A stretch of DNA of 63,454 nt from a virus. The stretch is taken from positions 1-63,454 of the IMG/VR virus record IMGVR_UViG_3300046517_000593. One strand, 5' to 3'. Positions 23,902-32,206 of the stretch are shown here, piece by piece; position 1 is the first letter of the stretch; each line of letters opens with the position of its first letter. Position numbers and translations under genes: made by a program. The notes beneath the pieces were generated by a model that saw nothing but the letters and a program-made list of their open reading frames with translations, made no database searches and was not told the DNA's origin.

Positions 23902-26837
23902 GTTATTATTCCTATTTCTGTTTTTGAACCCTTTACGATATCCAAAATCGTTGTCCGCCCACGCTTGCTCTGAATGTATTGCTCTACTTTGGAAATGGAA
24001 TCCAACACGACCACATTGTTTTCGACTGTTGACGGACTGACGGAAACATTTGGAGCAAACAAAGCCGATTCGCTCAATGAGGTATTCGATATATCAGGCA
24101 CTACTCCACCACCCGCATAATGATTCGGAAGATTCGGCACTCCACCATTAAGGTATTGCTGAAAATGAGCCGTTCCAAGATTGGCGACCACTCGCGAAGG
24201 AATAATGAACTCGCCGCTGGCCACCCAAGCTAGCTGGTTGTCTTTGTCACTGCGCGGTCCAGGCACTACACCTCCCTCTTCGAAAGCGAGAGCCGCTACG
24301 ATTCCAGCAATAGCTGCGAGTGCAAGCACAAGACCAATCTGAGCCGATGAACCAAAGCTAAAGATTGAAGTTGCTGCTGCCGCTGGAGCCGCTGCCGCTG
24401 CGACTGCTCCAGATTGTGCGACTGATGTTGCAGTGCTCGTAGCCTTCAAACCCTCCCCAACCGCTGCCGTTCCGGCCATATTAGTTCTCGACGTAGTATG
24501 AAAAAGCGTATCGAGGAAGGTCCGAATCTGATTAAAAATCGTGTATTCCAGAATCAACTGAACCACTCCTCCAATGATGGAGTTTAATACCTGAGTTGAC
24601 ACCTGAGCCCACGTTTTAGTCCCGGTAATCAACCCGGTAATCGCATCCGACAATCCTTGGAAAGTTGTCTTGAGCGTAGTCGAAAGAAATGTGTCAAGTG
24701 CTCGGAATGGTTCCGTAAAATCGCGGCCCGTCACATTCCCGAATACATCGAACGTGCTCTTTATTCCAAGCTCAGATTGGAATTGAGGCAGCACCGTGGC
24801 ATCTGCTTGCTGGCGAAGTTGAATCTGCTTATCGATAAGCTGCGAGGTAAGGTCAACCACCTTTTGCAAATGGTCGCGTCTCGCCGGCTCAGAAACATTC
24901 GCATTTCTAGCAGCATCCAGTTCAGCGGATATCTCCTCGCGCTTAAGCTGAATCTGTTCCTCAAGCAAAGGAATACGAGCGGTCGCCTTCTCGATATCGT
25001 TCGCTGTTGAAGCATCAATCAGCTTCAATGCGTTCTCGTCATGCGATGCAACAAGTTGTTTTTGTGCTTCGAGAATCTTAAGTTTCAGCGCAAGGTCTGC
25101 CGTCTCTTTTGCAATGGTCTGATCAAGATTTATTTGCTCCTGTGTCGGGACTTTCGCATTTGGGTCTTTCGCGATTATCGTCGCTCGCTGAAGTAGTAAA
25201 TCCCTGAGCTTCTCGTTCTGCTGAAGCGTGAGTGTCAACTGCTCATTCCCGGCATCCTGAGCCGACTTGATTTCTAAATCAGCAGCCGACTTGAGAAGAT
25301 CCTCATGCTTCTTTTCTGTATCGGAATCAACCGTGGATAGCTTAGTTTGAAGTTGCAGCCTGTTCGCAACGATAGCCGCATTAGTATCAGCATCGATTTT
25401 CTTTTTAGCATTTGCTATTTCCAAATCGGTTGCACCGGTTCCCCTCTTGGCATCTTCCTGAGCTTTCTGAAGCTCCGCATTATTCTGAAGCGTTTCAATT
25501 TCTATATCGCTGACTGATTTTGCAGTTCTAATTTGAATTTTCGCGGCCTCGTCAATCGTAACCAATCGACGGTCATAAGATATTTTTACCTGAGCCTCTT
25601 CGTTCTCAAGAAAGCTTTTCTGAATCGAGAGCACCGCGTTCTGAATCGCGGTTTGAGCCGCTAGGGCATCGGCAATCCGTTTATCTGGTAATGGAGATGA
25701 CTGGGGAGAGAGAGTCCCACCACCTCTAACATCTTCTCTACCGAGAGACGGTCCGACTCCGAAAATATCTTCAACCTTCTTTTTTAACTCATCCTTGTTC
25801 TTGTCCAATATTTCGAGAATTCTTTTTATATCAAATTCGAATGCATGGACGTTGTTTTCATTAACAGCCTGTATCGCCGTCAAAGCTACTGGCACTACTT
25901 CCGAAAGCGTCTTGAATAATTGCCCGAGCGATACGCCTTCAGTAGCTATCGTCTTGACCCTATCTCCAATGAATTCAAGAATTTTTCCAGCAGCCGTTCC
26001 TGGTCCAACGATTTGATTTATTGTCCCTACAATATTAAGCAGCGAAGGAAGAAGCTCTTTAGCGAGAACGTCGGCCAATCCTCTGGCTGACAATTTCAAA
26101 ATGGCTAGCTGTGTATTCAGCTTGTCAGCTTGTTCCGCAGTCAGAGCTGAAATCTCCAAATTTAGATCCCGCGCTGCCTGCTGAAGCTTCTTTAAGCCTT
26201 CCGCACCATCCGCAAAAGATTGCAAGAATCTAGGTCCAGTCCTACCGAGTAGCTCCGTGGCTAGCTGAACGGCTAATGTTCTGTCCTCAATTTTTGAAAA
26301 ACCGTCAGCAACTTCGAATAGTATCTGCTCGTTATTCTTAAGCCTGAAGCTTGCATCGTTAATGTTGATTCCAAGTCTCTCGAAAGCTATTGCTCCCTGA
26401 CCAGTTCCCTCTTTAGCTTGGATTATAGCGATGGATAATCGCCGCATTCCTTGCTCAAAATCACTAGCGCTAACATTGCTTCGAGCAAACGCAAATTGAA
26501 GTGTTGAAAGCGCCTCAATCGAAAGCCCAGTTGCGAGAGACATTTGATTGAGGCTTTCGATTGCCTCAAAAGTGGAAACTACAAATTCCGCAACTGCCTT
26601 AACCGCCTCAAAAACACCCTCTACTAATTTATCTACAATGGCAGCAGTAGCACCCGCAGCTGTCCCAACTCCAAGTAAAGCTGCGGCCTGATGCTCGAAT
26701 GCCTCGGCAACCTGCTCGCCAATCGAAGCCGACTCCTTCGATGATTTATTGAGCGCGTCCGTGTCCTTTCCAATCTTTGCAAGCTCGGCACTTGCGCGAT
26801 TAATTGCATCAACGATGATTTGAATATTAGCTGCCAC
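23898..26837 (-). CDS. tail tape measure protein
   Basis: 979 aa, helical and Ala/Gln/Leu-rich, with a hydrophobic Gly/Ala segment near the C-terminus. It lies directly downstream of the G/GT pair. Confidence 0.85.
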   Translation of the reverse strand: MAANIQIIVDAINRASAELAKIGKDTDALNKSSKESASIGEQVAEAFEHQAAALLGVGTAAGATAAIVDKLVEGVFEAVKAVAEFVVSTFEAIESLNQMSLATGLSIEALSTLQFAFARSNVSASDFEQGMRRLSIAIIQAKEGTGQGAIAFERLGININDASFRLKNNEQILFEVADGFSKIEDRTLAVQLATELLGRTGPRFLQSFADGAEGLKKLQQAARDLNLEISALTAEQADKLNTQLAILKLSARGLADVLAKELLPSLLNIVGTINQIVGPGTAAGKILEFIGDRVKTIATEGVSLGQLFKTLSEVVPVALTAIQAVNENNVHAFEFDIKRILEILDKNKDELKKKVEDIFGVGPSLGREDVRGGGTLSPQSSPLPDKRIADALAAQTAIQNAVLSIQKSFLENEEAQVKISYDRRLVTIDEAAKIQIRTAKSVSDIEIETLQNNAELQKAQEDAKRGTGATDLEIANAKKKIDADTNAAIVANRLQLQTKLSTVDSDTEKKHEDLLKSAADLEIKSAQDAGNEQLTLTLQQNEKLRDLLLQRATIIAKDPNAKVPTQEQINLDQTIAKETADLALKLKILEAQKQLVASHDENALKLIDASTANDIEKATARIPLLEEQIQLKREEISAELDAARNANVSEPARRDHLQKVVDLTSQLIDKQIQLRQQADATVLPQFQSELGIKSTFDVFGNVTGRDFTEPFRALDTFLSTTLKTTFQGLSDAITGLITGTKTWAQVSTQVLNSIIGGVVQLILEYTIFNQIRTFLDTLFHTTSRTNMAGTAAVGEGLKATSTATSVAQSGAVAAAAAPAAAATSIFSFGSSAQIGLVLALAAIAGIVAALAFEEGGVVPGPRSDKDNQLAWVASGEFIIPSRVVANLGTAHFQQYLNGGVPNLPNHYAGGGVVPDISNTSLSESALFAPNVSVSPSTVENNVVVLDSISKVEQYIQSKRGRTTILDIVKGSKTEIGIIT

Positions 26838-27530
26838 TTGATTTCTTTCGTCCGAGAAGTTTCAGTCTTCGCTCCTGTTTTGCCTTTGGTTCTATTCCAA
26901 GATGTTTCTTCAACTGCGATTCGTAAGCTCTCAGCATCGGCATGTTCTTGCTATCCACCGCTGACAGAATCACAATCCTTAACCGATGCAACTCCGATAA
27001 GTCCGCGCTAGCTTTTTCTCTGACAACTCGTTTCTGCGCCAGCCCATAAAACAATCTGAGCTTCTCAGGTGAGTAACCAAGAAGCTCAGATTCACGATGC
27101 CCATTAGCTATGAGCCATTCGCATGACTCGGCTAAGGTCGCTGAGCTTGCAGCATCGCTTGCTCCACGATTTTGCTCACCGCTGATGTTTTTCCCATCAC
27201 TTCCAGAGCTTTCGTCTGGCGGCTGAACCATCTCCCGAAAGGGTCTGCATTCAACCGACGGCCCTCCTCCATTACAGCTTCCCATGATTCATCGATGAGT
27301 GTCTGAGCCCATTCAGCTGGGCGTTGAGTGTAAACTGGAATCTCCTTGTCTTCCTGACCCCATGCGCGAGCTAGAGATTGCATGTCACGAATTGGAACCT
27401 TGCGAATCTTAACGACCTCTTTCAAACCGCTGATGTAAGTCACCTCGACTTGGGAACCATCATTCAGAATCTCAAACTCCCGCTTTGCATCCGTTCCATT
27501 CACGCGATTTACTTCGGAGACAGCATTCAT
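26827..27530 (-). CDS. tail assembly chaperone GT (-1 frameshift product)
   Basis: Zero frame ...GTG ATG GGA AAA ACA... A slip on G GGA AAA gives ...EVMGK-NISGEQNRGASD..., which is exactly the frame of ORF 26827..27285. Confidence 0.65.
27132..27530 (-). CDS. tail assembly chaperone G
   Basis: 132 aa immediately upstream of the tape measure gene. It contains the slippery heptamer near its 3' end. Confidence 0.7.
   Translation of the reverse strand: MNAVSEVNRVNGTDAKREFEILNDGSQVEVTYISGLKEVVKIRKVPIRDMQSLARAWGQEDKEIPVYTQRPAEWAQTLIDESWEAVMEEGRRLNADPFGRWFSRQTKALEVMGKTSAVSKIVEQAMLQAQRP
27189..27195 (-). promoter_or_regulatory. -1 programmed frameshift slippery heptamer GGGAAAA
   Basis: X XXY YYZ pattern in the zero frame of the G gene. 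Confidence 0.65.
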
Positions 27531-27769
27531 TCAGTGTGACTTTCTCCTGCCTGTGGTTTCATCAAGTCGGCGACGAAGTTTCCATCGTGGCCACCGTTCT
27601 TGATAATTTGACGAAGTGTCTTATCTCGCTCATCCTCCGGCGTTCGGTTCTCCTCGTTGGCCAGCTTGTCGCCGGCTCGAATGTGTTCGATGAGTTGCAT
27701 CCGGCGTTCCTGGCTCAACTCGCTCTGAATTGTCGAAGCAATCTGTTCTGCATTCTTTGGTAGTGGCAT
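27527..27769 (-). CDS. hypothetical protein
   Basis: 80 aa with a 4-nt overlap with G. Confidence 0.55.
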   Translation of the reverse strand: MPLPKNAEQIASTIQSELSQERRMQLIEHIRAGDKLANEENRTPEDERDKTLRQIIKNGGHDGNFVADLMKPQAGESHTE

Positions 27770-27793
27770 AACTTTCGTTCCTTTCTTTTTTGT

Positions 27794-28720
27794 TTACGCA
27801 TTCGCGAGACGAATGAGCACGCTCGATACGGGCGGCTTAACTGTAACCGTCATCGAAATATTCGAGAAGGCAGTGCCGCCCACAGCATCAGTCGAATCAA
27901 GAATGATTTCACACAGAAAATCCGCATGGTCAATAACCACGTTCGGAGAATTTTGGTCAAACAAAACAATGCGGCCCATGCCTTGCCGACGAACATTAGT
28001 CAACGGAGTGATACTGAAAAAGCTTGCGGTGTCAGTCGATAGAATCGCAGCAGCGGTAACCACGGGAACCCTGTCGGCAGCTTGAGCAGTAAGGAATTTA
28101 ATGCGGCCGAGTTTCAAGTCCACCACAAAATCCGTTCCTTCAGACAAGGTCGCTACGGTCACCGTAGTCAGTGTTCGAACATGAAGACCGCTGAACAAAA
28201 TATCATACCAATTTCCGATGACTGCTGGTGTTGCCGTAAATCCCAACGTGTCCGCGCTCGCAGCAGTTTTAATCGTCTGAGTGAATGCGGTGCCAACGTC
28301 GCCACCAAATACAACCTGAAGTGTTTTCTTGTTCCATTCATCGCACTTCAATTTGTATTGCAGCTTCGACTGAGTAACCACGGTGGAGTCAAGCGTTCGC
28401 ACTCCACGATAGGCGCCAAGATGTTCTACCTTCTGTGTGTCAGTAGTCGGAGTCACGTCCACGATATCTCCAAAGTCCTGGTAGCCCAATGGAAGGGCAG
28501 TCGCGACACTCGTGGCATTCAGACAGAAACTAAATTCCGCCGTGGCCATGAGCAGCGCTGTGACGTTATGGCTAGGGTCAACCTGCGTCGAGACGTTCGC
28601 CATGTTCAGAACTTTTGCGCGCTTCCGACCAGTTAGCCACGCGCACGCACGTCCGAAGATGGCTACCATTCCGAGTATGAGGTTCATTGTAGACCCTTTC
28701 ATTTTGGTTTTTGTTATCAC
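27794..28720 (-). CDS. major tail (tube) protein candidate carrying a hydrophobic N-terminal leader
   Basis: Position upstream of the chaperones and a beta-rich 270-aa body. Possible starts: GTG 28720 (GTGA overlap), ATG 28687 (MNLILG...) and ATG 28603 (MANVST...). Confidence 0.5.
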   Translation of the reverse strand: MITKTKMKGSTMNLILGMVAIFGRACAWLTGRKRAKVLNMANVSTQVDPSHNVTALLMATAEFSFCLNATSVATALPLGYQDFGDIVDVTPTTDTQKVEHLGAYRGVRTLDSTVVTQSKLQYKLKCDEWNKKTLQVVFGGDVGTAFTQTIKTAASADTLGFTATPAVIGNWYDILFSGLHVRTLTTVTVATLSEGTDFVVDLKLGRIKFLTAQAADRVPVVTAAAILSTDTASFFSITPLTNVRRQGMGRIVLFDQNSPNVVIDHADFLCEIILDSTDAVGGTAFSNISMTVTVKPPVSSVLIRLANA

Positions 28721-29208
28721 GTTGCCGGCCCCAGCATCGCACGCCGAGCCGAAAACGAAAGACTATAAAATTCAGTGCTGATATCCGGTAGAGAGGTGCT
28801 CTTACCATCGCCAAACCTAATCGGAGTAAATCCACGCGCTGCCCGATGACTCCCAATATACCAAATCGTGTTGTGACAAAGCTCAAGTGCCCGCTTGTTG
28901 ATGCCTGTAGTCGGGTCAGTGTTCACCGGAACTTGCTCGTAGATTCCAACTTCAACATCAATCTCCAACTGGATAGCCTCGATTGGACGGTCGGTAATAT
29001 TCTTGAAGCTTGGTGTGATTATCAGCATCGCAATACCGTATTTCGGAGTCACGTCGCTCGCCGTAGCCACCGCTCCCTCAGCTAATGCCTTGTTTACCTC
29101 AGCCGTAATCTCCCCCTTGTCCTCGATGACAATCGGTATCGTCGTGAAATAACTTTGCGCTTGAAGCAAAGCCTTGATCTCATTCTGCAACGAGAGAAAT
29201 ATGTTCAC
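28717..29208 (-). CDS. neck / tail-terminator candidate
   Basis: 163 aa with a GTG start 3 nt after the upstream stop. The call rests on position only. Confidence 0.45.
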   Translation of the reverse strand: MNIFLSLQNEIKALLQAQSYFTTIPIVIEDKGEITAEVNKALAEGAVATASDVTPKYGIAMLIITPSFKNITDRPIEAIQLEIDVEVGIYEQVPVNTDPTTGINKRALELCHNTIWYIGSHRAARGFTPIRFGDGKSTSLPDISTEFYSLSFSARRAMLGPAT

Positions 29209-29211
29209 AAA

Positions 29212-29550
29212 TTAATAAAACTGTCTGTGCTCAGTGAATTTAACCGGCTTTCCATTTAACAATCCGTTAACTTCAACAATCTGATATCCCTTAGATTCTG
29301 GAAAAACAGCACCTGGATTGCTCACGGTATCCTTAATATTCTCACTGACTATCTTGATAGCCCGTATATCATCATTGGACAACTTCAGGGCATCAAGTCT
29401 TGGATACTCGTTTTTTGTTTTTCCAGTTGTCGATCCTCCTGCGTCTTTCGCCACACTGCCACCACGTTCTCCAGGCCTTCCAGCATGACCTTCAAAAGAA
29501 TTTACGGCCCGCATATTTGCCAACAAAATAAATCTTTCTTCGTAATTCAT
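29212..29550 (-). CDS. hypothetical protein
   Basis: 112-aa ORF. Confidence 0.55.
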   Translation of the reverse strand: MNYEERFILLANMRAVNSFEGHAGRPGERGGSVAKDAGGSTTGKTKNEYPRLDALKLSNDDIRAIKIVSENIKDTVSNPGAVFPESKGYQIVEVNGLLNGKPVKFTEHRQFY

Positions 29551-30173
29551 TTGTTCGCTCTCGCTACTTCAGCCAATACCTTTGACTCGACTGCTTTCGC
29601 TGCCTCATCCTGCATTTGCGAGTCAGTCGGCAAAGTCTCAGGATGCGCTCCGATGACGGCCTTCTTCACCAACCAAAACAAAACTTGTTGCGCTCTCGTT
29701 GGTCCTTGAACCTGCTTGCGTTTCACCCTGCCAAGTGCACCGACCACCTTCTGACCTCGAATGAGCATTGCGAGCACTGGACTTATTTGACGGAATTGAA
29801 GGTCCGGAAACTCTGAAGCTGTATGCCCGTAACTTTCAGACGTTGCAGAAATCGTAAGCCATTTCTTATTAACCGGTCGCACCGTTCCGCCAAACCGCTG
29901 CAAGGCTACTCCAATTTTATTAATGCTGATTATCGCCCTACCCGAATTTGCTGCGCTCAAATCAAGCAGCGTGCTCTTAGCTGCATCATTCCAAAAGTGA
30001 GTCTTTGGAAAACCCTGTTTGTTAGGCTTGCCTTCTAACGTCAGGAAATTCCTGCGCACCGCAGTCTGAACTCCAACACCTGCTGCTGTCGCAAGCTGTT
30101 TATCAGTCAAAGACTCGCGCAAGCTTTCAAGCATTTGACTGACGTTCTCTTTGATTTGAATGCTGACTGCCAT
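29547..30173 (-). CDS. head-tail joining / virion morphogenesis candidate
   Basis: Start trimmed to the ATG at 30173 (MAVSIQIKENV...), 1 nt after the upstream stop. Confidence 0.45.
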   Translation of the reverse strand: MAVSIQIKENVSQMLESLRESLTDKQLATAAGVGVQTAVRRNFLTLEGKPNKQGFPKTHFWNDAAKSTLLDLSAANSGRAIISINKIGVALQRFGGTVRPVNKKWLTISATSESYGHTASEFPDLQFRQISPVLAMLIRGQKVVGALGRVKRKQVQGPTRAQQVLFWLVKKAVIGAHPETLPTDSQMQDEAAKAVESKVLAEVARANK

Positions 30174-30174
30174 A

Positions 30175-31092
30175 TCAAGCTGCGATTCGTTCGATAAATT
30201 CGTAAACCTTTTCCCACGGGTCCAAAGCTTCGTTGGCCGTAAGTGTATCACCGCTGAACTTATACTTCGATTCACCATCGTTCTGCGAAGCAAGCAACGC
30301 TGCTCTCAAATCAGATGAAGTTATCGGAGGTGAAGCCTGGAGACTATCGGCTATCCCAACATCCTGAGATTCGACTGTTTCGTCAGCCGTCATTACACCC
30401 AAAGCAATCGCATCCTGCCGGTCAATGTCAAAAACATCCATGCCACTGTTAAACGCAAAAGGTGGAAAAGGGTTTCCGAGTGTGTCATCGTAGCCGCCAG
30501 CACCATCGCCCAAGTTTTGCCAAACATCTGAATCCTTCGTTGCAATCATTCGCCCATCGTAAAGCTCACCACCCGCAGCTTGCCATCTGTCCAGCCATTC
30601 CCTTGGCACCTTCCTATCCTCTGCACGCGCTAGCTCCCAGGCCGGATAGGCGTCAAGCACGTCTTGATTCTGGCTTTGTTGATAATGCCCCCAACCGTAA
30701 GCAAGGTCAGCATTAGTATTAAGCACCAGGGTAAGTCGTTGGTCACTAAAAAGGTCTTGGATTGTGCCAGATTTGCCCTGTGGCGCTTCGTAGCCGATAG
30801 ACTGTCCAAACTCCTTAAGGTCAGCCCTTGCGCTCGCCAGATTGAATCCTTGCTCCACTATTACCCCACCACGTTCGATTGTCTCAGGCTGGAGAATCGA
30901 GTTAATCAAATCCTGAATGCGTTGAAGAATCACAGCATTCTCATTTCTGGCTGAAAAGAAAGCCATTCTCTTAATATCAGCATCCAACTGCGAAAGCTGT
31001 GCTGAACTCAACGAAGTCGGAAGCAAAGCCTTAATCGCATTCGATTTCAGAATCTCCGACAAAGGCTGGATGCGTTCAAGAAGTGTGTTCAT
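30175..31092 (-). CDS. minor head protein, Mu F / SPP1 gp7-like (tentative)
   Basis: 305 aa. YPAWELARAEDRKVPREW...GNPFPPFAFNSG resembles the conserved core of head morphogenesis proteins. Confidence 0.4.
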   Translation of the reverse strand: MNTLLERIQPLSEILKSNAIKALLPTSLSSAQLSQLDADIKRMAFFSARNENAVILQRIQDLINSILQPETIERGGVIVEQGFNLASARADLKEFGQSIGYEAPQGKSGTIQDLFSDQRLTLVLNTNADLAYGWGHYQQSQNQDVLDAYPAWELARAEDRKVPREWLDRWQAAGGELYDGRMIATKDSDVWQNLGDGAGGYDDTLGNPFPPFAFNSGMDVFDIDRQDAIALGVMTADETVESQDVGIADSLQASPPITSSDLRAALLASQNDGESKYKFSGDTLTANEALDPWEKVYEFIERIAA

Positions 31093-31376
31093 TCAACTTG
31101 AGACATCGAATTTTGTTCCTGCCTGCGAAGTCCCTTCGAAATAGACCGGCGCCATAAACACTCCTCAACTTCTTCAAGCTTCGTAATCGCCCGGCTTGTG
31201 GCTTTGCTCGAACATTGCTGGCCCTGAATTCTCAACCTGTGAATAAGTATCCCAACAAGCTCTTCGTTGGTCACACCAAGCCCAGTCGTTGGCTCAATGA
31301 AGTCAATTACTACTCCGGTTGACAACTTGTAGGACTTACCAGCTTCGATGACTTCGTATTTTTGTTCGCCAATCAT
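31089..31376 (-). CDS. conserved small phage protein, unknown function
   Basis: 95 aa. GVTNEELVGILIHRLR...AITKLEEVEECLWRR resembles a widespread phage family. Confidence 0.55.
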   Translation of the reverse strand: MIGEQKYEVIEAGKSYKLSTGVVIDFIEPTTGLGVTNEELVGILIHRLRIQGQQCSSKATSRAITKLEEVEECLWRRSISKGLRRQEQNSMSQVE

Positions 31377-31380
31377 TTTG

Positions 31381-31857
31381 TCAGAGCCCAGCTAAGGTTG
31401 TCGGAGTAGCATATCGCGTTGCTGGATTTATAAGGAAAGCGTTCGGTCCACTCAAAACCGGGAAGTTTGGGTCCGGGTCAATCGGCTGCTCGATACCCAA
31501 CTTACAAGCCGCAACATCCACCAACCATTTCTTCGCATCAGCTATGATTTGAATCTGCGCCTTCGTGAAATTCAAACCTGGAATGCGAGTCTGCATTTCT
31601 TCCAGCGTCAGCCAAATCAAAACCCACTTAGCACTCGGAGGCACCGAGTTGGTAGTCAAACTAATCTGATTCGCTGGACAAGTTGCGATAGCCGCACGTA
31701 TGCGAGAAGCCATCGCCGGCATTATCGGAATAAACGGGTCGCCTTGATTCGGGCTTACTGTGCTGAGAGCCGCTGTTCTTAGCGCTCCAATCTGAGCAGA
31801 AACTAAGTAAGGAAAAAGGTCATCGACGATAATTGAGGACCATGCTGTTCCACTCAT
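31381..31857 (-). CDS. head completion / connector candidate
   Basis: 158 aa. The call rests on position only. Confidence 0.45.
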   Translation of the reverse strand: MSGTAWSSIIVDDLFPYLVSAQIGALRTAALSTVSPNQGDPFIPIMPAMASRIRAAIATCPANQISLTTNSVPPSAKWVLIWLTLEEMQTRIPGLNFTKAQIQIIADAKKWLVDVAACKLGIEQPIDPDPNFPVLSGPNAFLINPATRYATPTTLAGL

Positions 31858-32205
31858 TTATTTTTGTTCAGCCTCTTCAGGCTTTTCCGTTTTTACTTTG
31901 CTCACCTCGGTTACTTGAACTTGCTGCACAACGCCAGGTAAAACTTCTCCCTGGGTCGTGGTCTGTCGAGTGATAATCGTTGTATCGTCATCCGGTGGCA
32001 AAGGAGATTGCTTCAGAAAAAGAAACGCTGACAACAAACCACTCGTGAGCAAGAGAACCCCAAGCGACTTCCAGTTAAGCAGGGGAACATCAATTCCGAT
32101 TCCATGGGCCCCAGCCATTCCAAGAAAGCTGCTTCCGGCACTCGCTGAAGCCGAAATAACTCCACCAACTAAACCGCGAAACCATTTCTTTTCAGATGTT
32201 CTCAT
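31858..32205 (-). CDS. membrane protein (two hydrophobic segments, charged tail)
   Basis: GLVGGVISASASAGSSFLGMAGA and LGVLLLTSGLLSAFLFL. Confidence 0.55.
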   Translation of the reverse strand: MRTSEKKWFRGLVGGVISASASAGSSFLGMAGAHGIGIDVPLLNWKSLGVLLLTSGLLSAFLFLKQSPLPPDDDTTIITRQTTTQGEVLPGVVQQVQVTEVSKVKTEKPEEAEQK

Positions 32206-32206
32206 T

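Noticed and set aside
26827-27285. Independent 152-aa gene in the ORF track
   Set aside because: Its N-terminal part overlaps the G gene out of frame, and its frame is entered exactly at a GGGAAAA slippery site. It is reinterpreted as the T part of the GT frameshift product.
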